Assembly: GCA_001772335.1 (NCBI GenBank) | Contig: METM01000027.1 | Location: 21,776 to 84,470 of the forward strand | Length of the DNA: 62,695 nucleotides | Source: a candidate division WOR-1 bacterium RIFCSPHIGHO2_01_FULL_53_15 | GTDB taxonomy: Bacteria > Margulisbacteria > WOR-1 > O2-12-FULL-45-9 > XYB2-FULL-48-7 | Reading direction: 5' to 3' | The notes under the pieces: generated by a model | The model's input: the letters and a program-made list of their open reading frames with translations, nothing else | Database searches by the model: none | What the model was told of the DNA's origin: nothing | Position numbers and translations under genes: made by a program | Shown: piece after piece, positions 52,790 through 60,370 of the stretch | How positions within the stretch are numbered: position 1 is the stretch's first letter | How the letters are laid out: every line of letters begins with the position of its first letter

Positions 52790-54036
52790 TCGACAATCAG
52801 GAGGGAGGCCTCGCCCTGGCCCGGCCAGCCGAGCCGGTCAACGGCCGTCACCTCGAACCTTTTCTCGCCCGCCTGCTTCGGCTGGTAGGAGATATTCAAT
52901 GAATAGACCAGGTCGCCGGCGATCTCGTCGCCGCGCTCACCGTCGTCATACATCTCCGCGTCGGGCACGCCGCCGATCGCTGAGAGGTCGACCTTGACTT
53001 TTGAGATCGGCGCAAAACTCTCCCGCGAAGCGATCTCGGCGCGCAGTTTGACGCTGGTTGTCTGATTAAGGGTGAGGCGAGCCGGATTGGCTTTGAATGA
53101 AACGACGACCGGGGCGACATTGAGGCCGCAGAATCGCTCTCCCGTATAGCCGGTCTCGAAATCGGCGAGCCGGGCGACCTGCCCCTGGGCCGAGGCGAAG
53201 CGCGAGATCAGCGTGGCCGCCTCGGCGCGCGAGATGGCGCGGGTCGGATCATAGATCGGCAGGTCTTTGGAGACGCCGATGACGAGCCCTTTCTCTTTGG
53301 CAATATAGATCGGCGCGGCCCCCTTCCCCTCCTGCGGCACATCGCGGAAAAGCGGCACGAGTTTCGAGGTGATCGCCAGTCCCTCGGTCTTGACGGCCAG
53401 ATCGGCCGCCTCCGCCCGCGAGATCGGGTCGTCGAGGCCGAAGGTCTCTTTCGAGTAAGGCGCCATGTAGCCGGCGTCGGTCACGGCTTTGACGTCTGGC
53501 GCCCGCCAGTGCTCCTTGGGCACGTCAAAAAAGACATCGGCCGTGAGTTTCTCCGTCGGCAGTCCCTTGACCTTGGCCAGCCAGGTGGCGAATTCTCCGC
53601 GCGTAACCGGATTGCCGGGAGAGAAGCTGCCGTCGGGATAACCCTCGATCACGCCGAGCGTGGCCAGGTAAACGATCTGGCCGCGCGCCCAGTGTTTTTT
53701 TCCTTCGTAGGCGGTCTCGACGTCGGGATAAGTGATGAGGCGCAGGACCCGCAGGCGTTTTTCTTCTTCGCCGGCGCGGATGAGGACCAGGTTCTTCCCG
53801 GGCTTGAGCACCAGGCCGACGGCAAAGGCGCCGTCCGGCGCCGCTTTAAAGGGGATGTTCTCGATCGTCAGTTTGGCGGCGGGCGCGACCCGGCCCCGGA
53901 GCATGACAACTTCGTCGAACGTCAAAAATTTATCTTGAGGAGTTGAGACCCGGATCTGTGCCCCTGCCTGTCCGGCAGGCAGGCAGGCGGCCGCGGCCAG
54001 AAAAACCAATGGCAGGGCTAACAGCCATTTTCTCAT
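52786..54036 (-). CDS. SLH-domain envelope protein (three SLH repeats) with Ig-like ends
   Basis: HWARGQIVYLATLGVIEGYPDGSFSPGNPVTRGEFATWLAK and two further SLH repeats. Signal peptide present. Confidence 0.8.
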   Translation of the reverse strand: MRKWLLALPLVFLAAAACLPAGQAGAQIRVSTPQDKFLTFDEVVMLRGRVAPAAKLTIENIPFKAAPDGAFAVGLVLKPGKNLVLIRAGEEEKRLRVLRLITYPDVETAYEGKKHWARGQIVYLATLGVIEGYPDGSFSPGNPVTRGEFATWLAKVKGLPTEKLTADVFFDVPKEHWRAPDVKAVTDAGYMAPYSKETFGLDDPISRAEAADLAVKTEGLAITSKLVPLFRDVPQEGKGAAPIYIAKEKGLVIGVSKDLPIYDPTRAISRAEAATLISRFASAQGQVARLADFETGYTGERFCGLNVAPVVVSFKANPARLTLNQTTSVKLRAEIASRESFAPISKVKVDLSAIGGVPDAEMYDDGERGDEIAGDLVYSLNISYQPKQAGEKRFEVTAVDRLGWPGQGEASLLIVE

Positions 54037-54096
54037 ACCGGTTATTCTAACAAGTCATTCTTGCTCTGTCTATTTATATTTGTTATCATTATTAAA

Positions 54097-56298
54097 ATGT
54101 TTCTGAAATCGCTCAGCCTGCGCGGCTTTAAGACGTTCGCGGACGCGACCGAGATCGAGTTCGGCCCCGAAGCCAGGATCACGGCGATCGTCGGCCCCAA
54201 CGGCTGCGGCAAGAGCAACCTGCTCGACGCCATCCGCTGGGTTCTGGGCGAGGACAACGCCCGCGACCTGCGCGTCGCGGCGCTCGCCGACATAATTTTC
54301 TCCGGCACCGACCGGCGCAAACCGCTTTCGCTGGCCGAGGTCGGCCTGCTGTTCGACAATTCAACTGCAAAATTCAACGTTCCCTTCACCGAGGTCGGCC
54401 TCCGCCGGCGGACGTTCCGCGAGGGCGAGAGCGAGTTTTTTATCAACAAGAACCTCTGCCGCCTCAAGGACATCAAGGACCTGCTGCTCGACACGGGGCT
54501 CGGCGAAGGCGCTTATTCCATCATCACCCAGGGGCAGGTCGACGCCATCCTCTCGAGCAAGGGCGAAGAGCGGCGCGCCGTGTTTGAGGCGGCGGCCGGC
54601 ATCAACAAGTACAAAACCCGCAAGCTGAACGCCGAAAAAAAACTGATCGCGGCCGAGCAGAATATCCTCCGGATCAACGACCTCAAGATCGAGGTCGGCG
54701 AGCGCCTGATCACTCTCGAAGAGCAGGCGCGCCGCGCCCGGGAATATCTCGCCCTGCAGGCAGAGATCAAAGAGATCGAGATCGGCCTCAGCAAAAAGCT
54801 GATCGGGGGCCTGCTTGAGAAAAAAGCCCGGCTGGAGGCAGAGCTCGCCGCCGCCCGGGAGGCTTCACGGCAAAAAGTCGAAACGGAGAAAAAGGACGAG
54901 ACGGAATTGCTCGGCCGCAAAGAAACCCTGAGACAGAAAGAGCTCGAGCTGGACGAGCTCGCGGTCAAGCTCGACTCCGAAAAGGACCGCCGGCGCGATC
55001 TCGAGCTCAACCGGCGTTTCGTGGCGGGGGAGATCGAGCGCGCCGAGAAACAGCAGGAATTGCTGGCCGCCAAAAAGGGCGAACTGCAAAAAAAGATCGG
55101 GGAGCTCAAACAAAAAGAAGCCGCGGAAACTCCGCCGCCTGTTTTCCTTCAGGAACTTTACGCGCAGATGAAGAATTCTGTCGAGCTGTTTGCCTCGATC
55201 CTTGCCTTTTTTGGCGCGGCGGCACCCTTTTCCCACGCCGACCAAAAATTAAGCGAAGCCGTCGATTTCAAGCTTGAACTGCTGGAAACGGAGACCAAGC
55301 GGCTGGCTGAGGAGATCGAGCGCGCCGGCTTCAGTTTGCAGGCGCACCGAGCGCAACTTGAGAATCTGGCCGCGGCGGACAACAAAAACAAGCCGGCGCT
55401 CGACGAAACAATCGCGGCCCGCCGCGCCGAACGCGATGAGCTGCGCCGCGCGATCGTCGGCCTCGAGGAGAAAAGGCGGGCGGAGGACCGGGACGAGCGG
55501 TCGGCCGAAGGCCGCATCACTCAGCTTGAGATCGCCCTGGCCAAACTGGAGGGCGAGATGACCGGTCTCTCGGAAAAACTTTTCAACGAATACAACCTGA
55601 CGCTGGCGGAGATCGAGGCCCTGCCGCAGACGGCCGCCGGCGCGGGGCGGGCGCGCGCCGAGCTTGATGAAAAAAAATCGCGCCTGCGCGCGCTTGAGCC
55701 GGTCAACCTCCTGGCCATCGAAGAATTCGACCGGAGCCGCGAGCGGCTGACCTTTATCGAGGTCCAGCTCGCGGACCTCAATTCGGCGCGCGACAACCTG
55801 CGCGCCCTGATCAGTGAGCTTGACGCGCGCGCCGAAGAAAATTTCTTGAAGACCATGGCCCGGCTCTCGGTCGTTTTTTCGGAGACCTTCGCCCGGCTCT
55901 TTGCCGGCGGCGAGGCGAAGATCGAGCTGTCGGCCGGCGCGCCCGCTTTGTCGGCCGAGATCGAGATCTCGGTGCGGCCGCTGGGCCGCCGCTGGCTCCC
56001 CCTCTCCCAGCTTTCGGGCGGCGAGCGCTCGCTCTCGGCCAGCGCGATCCTTTTTTCGCTCATGAAGATCCGGCCGGCGCCTTTCTGCTTCCTTGACGAG
56101 GTCGACGCGGCGCTCGACGAGGCCAACATCGGGCGCTTCACCGAGATGCTCAAGGATTTCGCCGCGGCCGCCCAGATCCTCATCATCACGCACAATAAGC
56201 GGACGATGGCGGCGGCCGATAACATCTACGGGATAACGATGGAAGAGCCGGGCGTCTCAAAAGTCATCTCCATGAAACTTGCCGGAGCGGCCGCATGA
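54097..56298 (+). CDS. smc: SMC-family ATPase, short (733 aa), no recognisable hinge domain
   Basis: The head N-terminus is FLKSLSLRGFKTFA..GPNGCGKSNLLDAIRWVLGE. The C-terminus has LSGGERSL..SAILFS...PAPFCFLDEVDAALDE and ITHNKRTM. The middle is coiled coil only. Confidence 0.8.
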   Translation: MFLKSLSLRGFKTFADATEIEFGPEARITAIVGPNGCGKSNLLDAIRWVLGEDNARDLRVAALADIIFSGTDRRKPLSLAEVGLLFDNSTAKFNVPFTEVGLRRRTFREGESEFFINKNLCRLKDIKDLLLDTGLGEGAYSIITQGQVDAILSSKGEERRAVFEAAAGINKYKTRKLNAEKKLIAAEQNILRINDLKIEVGERLITLEEQARRAREYLALQAEIKEIEIGLSKKLIGGLLEKKARLEAELAAAREASRQKVETEKKDETELLGRKETLRQKELELDELAVKLDSEKDRRRDLELNRRFVAGEIERAEKQQELLAAKKGELQKKIGELKQKEAAETPPPVFLQELYAQMKNSVELFASILAFFGAAAPFSHADQKLSEAVDFKLELLETETKRLAEEIERAGFSLQAHRAQLENLAAADNKNKPALDETIAARRAERDELRRAIVGLEEKRRAEDRDERSAEGRITQLEIALAKLEGEMTGLSEKLFNEYNLTLAEIEALPQTAAGAGRARAELDEKKSRLRALEPVNLLAIEEFDRSRERLTFIEVQLADLNSARDNLRALISELDARAEENFLKTMARLSVVFSETFARLFAGGEAKIELSAGAPALSAEIEISVRPLGRRWLPLSQLSGGERSLSASAILFSLMKIRPAPFCFLDEVDAALDEANIGRFTEMLKDFAAAAQILIITHNKRTMAAADNIYGITMEEPGVSKVISMKLAGAAA

Positions 56299-59000
56299 AA
56301 CTTCAAATCGGGATTTTGTCATTGGTATTTTTGGTCTCTTTTGGCGTGGGCAGCGATGCCGACCCGCCACTGCCCCGCCCCCTCTGGGGCGAGACGGGCC
56401 TGGCCATAAATAACACGCCGGGCAACACGCCCCAGACGAACCCCAAACTGAGCGCGACGGTCGACGGCGCTCTGGCCCTGGTCTGGGAAGACGGCCGCAA
56501 CGGCTACACAAATATATATGCCCAAAAATTCGACAGCGCGGGCAGCCGGCTTTGGGCCGATGCCGGCGTCCAGGTCAGCGGCGGAAAATCCGGTTTGGAC
56601 AACCAGAATAACCCCTCATTAATTGAGGACGGCGCGGGCGGTCTTATCGTCGTCTGGCAGGGCTACTACAAAGGCGGCGCTGACATTTACGCCCAGCGCG
56701 TGGATAAAAGCGGCCAGCTCCTCTGGGGAACTGACGGGCTTATCATAAGCGACGCGGCGGCGGGCCAATTTGCCCCGGAACTCGTCTCCGACGGGGCGGG
56801 CGGCGCTCTCATCACCTGGTACGATAACCGCGGCGGAGCGGGGGAAGATATCTATGCCCAGCGCGTGGACAAAAGCGGCCAGCTCCTCTGGGAAAAGAAC
56901 GGCAGCCCGATCTGCGATCTCCCGGGGACGCAATGGTATCCAAAAATTTCAAGCGACGGCGGCGGCGGGGCCATTATCGTCTGGTCGGACGGCCGGGCCA
57001 GTTCTTCGGACAACAATATCTATGCCCAGCGCGTCGACGGCGGCGGCAAACTGCTCTGGGAAAAAGACGGCAGCGCGGTCAGCGCCGCCGCGCAAAACCA
57101 GGAAAAGCCGGTCATCACGGCAACCGAGGGCGGAGCGGTCATCGCCTGGCAGGACTCGCGCTCCGGCAACGTCGATCTCTATGCCCAGAAGATCGACCTG
57201 AGCGGCAAACCGCTCTGGGCGGCGGATGGCGTCGCGCTGGCGACCGCCCGCTACGGTCAGGAAGATCCTCGCCTGTCACCGAACGGCCGCGGCGGCGCGA
57301 TCTTCGTCTGGACCGACAACCGGGCAGACGAGAGCGGCATTTACATGCAATCGGTTTCTGCCGACGGCAGGATCGAATGGGGCGATAACGGACGGCAGGC
57401 GGCCAAAGGCCCGGCCAGGCAGGAAAATCCGGTCCTGATCCGGCTCAAAACTCTTGACTGGGCCGTGGTCTGGGAGGATTCGCGCAAAGGGACGCCGCTC
57501 CTTTACGCGCAAAAGATCAACAGCGCCGGCGTTCAGCTCTGGCCGGAGGGGGGCATCGCACTGTCCGCCGGCGGCCGCAGCGAGGAAAAGGCGACCGCGG
57601 CCGTTCTCCCCGACGGTCAACTGGTGGTCGGCTGGCAGGATAGCCGCAGCGGGGAGAATGATATTTACGGACAAAAAGTGCTGGCGGACGGCTCGCTCGC
57701 CTGGACGGACAACGGGCTCGTTCTCAACAATGCCCCTGGTTCCGTTATCCATCAGAACGCCGCCATGATCGAGAGCGGCAAGGGCGAGGTGATCGTCGTC
57801 TTCGAGGACGCCCGCCCCGGTTTCCTGAATATTTATGTCCAGAAGATCGATCGGGCGGGCAACGTGCTCTGGGGCAAGGGAGCGGTGCCCGTGGCGCCGA
57901 TCAAGGCCGACCAGAGAAGACCCCAGCTCGCGCCGGACGGCGCCGGCGGCGCGATCATCGTCTGGGAGGATCAGCGCGATCCCACCTCGACCAATATCTA
58001 TGCCCAGCGCATTTCCGCCCAGGGGAAAAAGGTCTGGGCCGGCGGCAGTCTGCCGCTGGCGAAGGGCGGCGCCCGACAGTCGGCGCCAACGGTCGTCACC
58101 GATCGGGCGGGCGGGGCGATCGTTGTCTGGCAGGACGAAAGAAACCCGCTCGGCCTCAAAGACCTCTACGGACAGCGCGTTTCCCCGGCTGGTGAGCCGC
58201 TCTGGGGAAGCAAGGGAGTTCTTATTAACGGCGAGAACGGCGACCAGACGGAGCAGGCGCTCATCCCCGACGGCGCCGGCGGCGCGCTTCTGGCCTGGAC
58301 CGATTACCGCCGGGGGGAGAGAAATCCCGATATTTACGCCCAACATATCGATCCCGCCGGCAAACTGCTCTGGCAGGAGGATGGACTGCTTGTCTGCGGC
58401 GCCCCCGATGTCCAAAAATCGCCGTCGATCGCAAGAGACGCGGACGGCACGGTCCTGGTCGCCTGGACCGACAAAGGCGGCGGCAGCTATGACATCTATG
58501 CCCAGGGGATCGGGCCTGACGGCCGGATCCTGTGGCTGACCGACGGCATCCCGGTCAGCCAGTCGCCCCGGACCCAGCAGGAGCCGGATATCAGCCGCCG
58601 GAAGACTATCGCCTGGGAAGATTACCGCTACGGCAATTGGGACATTTATGCCAATGCCGTCAGCGCGCAGGGAAAGCTCATCTGGGGAGAGGACGGCGCG
58701 CCGGTCGTTTCGCTGCCTCTCACGCAATACGCGCCGCAGATCATTGACTGGAAAGACGAGAGCGCGATCGTCGCCTGGGAGGATTATCGCAACGGCAAAC
58801 AATACGAGATCTATCTGCAGCTGCTGGACGGCGACGGCAAACCCCGCTGGCCGGAGAACGGTTTCTTGGTCAGAACGATGAACGGCGCCCGGGCACCGAA
58901 ACTGCTCGCCCTGCCGGAACAAAGCGTTTTCGTGGTGATCTGGGAAGATTACACGGGGGGCGGCAAAGCCATCTCCGGCCAGATGTACTCGCTCGACTAG
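56295..59000 (+). CDS. secreted protein with about 16 tandem ~55-aa repeats (beta-propeller-like)
   Basis: Signal peptide, then a recurring G(G)A(I/L)IVW.D.R.....(D/N)IYAQ(R/K)(V/I)...G..LW..(D/N)G unit. The ATG overlaps the smc stop (ATGA). Confidence 0.7.
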   Translation: MKLQIGILSLVFLVSFGVGSDADPPLPRPLWGETGLAINNTPGNTPQTNPKLSATVDGALALVWEDGRNGYTNIYAQKFDSAGSRLWADAGVQVSGGKSGLDNQNNPSLIEDGAGGLIVVWQGYYKGGADIYAQRVDKSGQLLWGTDGLIISDAAAGQFAPELVSDGAGGALITWYDNRGGAGEDIYAQRVDKSGQLLWEKNGSPICDLPGTQWYPKISSDGGGGAIIVWSDGRASSSDNNIYAQRVDGGGKLLWEKDGSAVSAAAQNQEKPVITATEGGAVIAWQDSRSGNVDLYAQKIDLSGKPLWAADGVALATARYGQEDPRLSPNGRGGAIFVWTDNRADESGIYMQSVSADGRIEWGDNGRQAAKGPARQENPVLIRLKTLDWAVVWEDSRKGTPLLYAQKINSAGVQLWPEGGIALSAGGRSEEKATAAVLPDGQLVVGWQDSRSGENDIYGQKVLADGSLAWTDNGLVLNNAPGSVIHQNAAMIESGKGEVIVVFEDARPGFLNIYVQKIDRAGNVLWGKGAVPVAPIKADQRRPQLAPDGAGGAIIVWEDQRDPTSTNIYAQRISAQGKKVWAGGSLPLAKGGARQSAPTVVTDRAGGAIVVWQDERNPLGLKDLYGQRVSPAGEPLWGSKGVLINGENGDQTEQALIPDGAGGALLAWTDYRRGERNPDIYAQHIDPAGKLLWQEDGLLVCGAPDVQKSPSIARDADGTVLVAWTDKGGGSYDIYAQGIGPDGRILWLTDGIPVSQSPRTQQEPDISRRKTIAWEDYRYGNWDIYANAVSAQGKLIWGEDGAPVVSLPLTQYAPQIIDWKDESAIVAWEDYRNGKQYEIYLQLLDGDGKPRWPENGFLVRTMNGARAPKLLALPEQSVFVVIWEDYTGGGKAISGQMYSLD

Positions 59001-59006
59001 CTTTTC

Positions 59007-59975
59007 CTACCAAACACCTGAAAGCGAGATCCGGTGAACATTGCTCGACGACAGTTCCCGATTATTGACATAAGCGTAGTCGACTCGCGCCTGATTGATG
59101 GCAAACCCGGCCCCGGCTGTGAGGCCGCTCCCGGCATAGCCGACCCGAAATGACAGGAATTTGTCGGTCCACTCGTAGCCGGCGGAGATATCGGGGGAGT
59201 AATTCGATTTCATCGTCTGACTAACATCAACGGCAAAAGTGCCGGGATTCGGAGAATGGTATGCCAGACCCAAGCGAAGTTTAGGGGGGACTTTCTCGAT
59301 CGTGCCGGTGCCCCACTGCTGCTGGTTGAGGGCGTCGTCGAGTTTGAGGCCAATTGTTACGATGGACGAAGGACGAGAGACGATGGACGATAATCTGATC
59401 AGCAAGCCTGGGGTTACGCTATAACCGCTCCCCTGCCCGCCGCTGACCCCCGCCATATCACTTGTTAGATATTTACCGGTGAGGCCAACCGAGATATGTT
59501 CATTCAAGTTCTTGCCATAAGAGAGAAGATAGGCGTTTGAAAAGTAGCTGAAGATGCTGAGATTCTGCACTTCGTTATTGATATCGACCTCCGCCGAGGT
59601 CTGGTTGATACTGCCCAAGCCAACCTGGATCCAGGAGATGCCGAGCGTGCCGCCCAGCGCCGGGCGGACATAGCTGATGTAGTAATGGTCGGCGTCGGTG
59701 GAGAGGCGGGTCTGCATGGTCGTGATCTCGTTGCTGGTAACCTGCCCTAACCCGGCCGGGTTCCAGTAGGGAGCGTCGGCGTTGTCGGCGATCGCCGTGA
59801 AGGCGCTTCCCATGCCGAGCGCGCGGGCGCCGACGCCGGCATTGAGGATAGCGATGTCGGTGCCGGCTTGGCCTTGAGCAATAGCCGAAGAGGTTATTGC
59901 CCAAAATAAATACAAAACACTAAATCCTAAACAAATCATAAATTTAAATGACCAAAACACAAAACTCATTTGCAT
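59007..59975 (-). CDS. PorV/UPF0164-like outer-membrane beta-barrel protein
   Basis: GARALGMGSAFTAIADNADAPYWNPAGL signature and an aromatic C-terminus (..LSGVW). The exact start is uncertain because the N-terminus is encoded by a repeat. Confidence 0.6.
   Translation of the reverse strand: MQMSFVFWSFKFMICLGFSVLYLFWAITSSAIAQGQAGTDIAILNAGVGARALGMGSAFTAIADNADAPYWNPAGLGQVTSNEITTMQTRLSTDADHYYISYVRPALGGTLGISWIQVGLGSINQTSAEVDINNEVQNLSIFSYFSNAYLLSYGKNLNEHISVGLTGKYLTSDMAGVSGGQGSGYSVTPGLLIRLSSIVSRPSSIVTIGLKLDDALNQQQWGTGTIEKVPPKLRLGLAYHSPNPGTFAVDVSQTMKSNYSPDISAGYEWTDKFLSFRVGYAGSGLTAGAGFAINQARVDYAYVNNRELSSSNVHRISLSGVW
59920..59965 (+). repeat. heptamer-based repeat block flanking four-helix-bundle gene 2 (inverted relative to its 5' end)
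   Basis: CTAAATCCTAAACAAATCATAAATTTAAATGACCAAAACACAAAAC resembles 47455-47500. Confidence 0.6.
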
Positions 59976-60370
59976 TTCTCCAGAATCGAACCGAATATTT
60001 TCATCAATTCAGTTGTTTCTTGAATCAATTTCTGTTTTTCAATTTCTTCCGATTCTACCGGCTCACTTAGGTTCAACCAATATCGGCTTTCCTTTGCTTC
60101 TTTCCGGCATATTCTAATCCTCATCGCGAAATCTTTTTTTCCGAGAGCTTCGTTAGCTTCAATATAATTAGCACCGACAGAACCGGCCGAGCGAAATAAT
60201 TGGCCGCTTATTTCAACGTTCGTGACCGATTTGGGCAACTTTTTTATATAATTTCTAATTCTCTCAGCATATTTCAATGTACGATCTTCCAGATCGTACC
60301 GTTTTGTGCTTCGAGTTTCAATTATTTGAATTTGTTTAGTATTTAGGATTTCGGATTTTGCCTCTGTCAT
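59966..60370 (-). CDS. four-helix-bundle protein (23S rRNA intervening-sequence protein family), copy 2
   Basis: YDLEDRT..YA....NYIKKLPK......QLFRSAGSVGANYIEANEALGKKDF.MRIRICRKEAKESRYWL. The ATG 60370 overlaps the upstream stop (ATGA). Confidence 0.85.
   Translation of the reverse strand: MTEAKSEILNTKQIQIIETRSTKRYDLEDRTLKYAERIRNYIKKLPKSVTNVEISGQLFRSAGSVGANYIEANEALGKKDFAMRIRICRKEAKESRYWLNLSEPVESEEIEKQKLIQETTELMKIFGSILEKCK
60322..60356 (-). repeat. heptamer-based repeat at the 5' end of four-helix-bundle gene 2
   Basis: Contains the reverse complement of CTAAATACTAAACAA, shared with gene 1 (47455-47469), and a 25-nt identity with 47951-47975. Confidence 0.7.
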
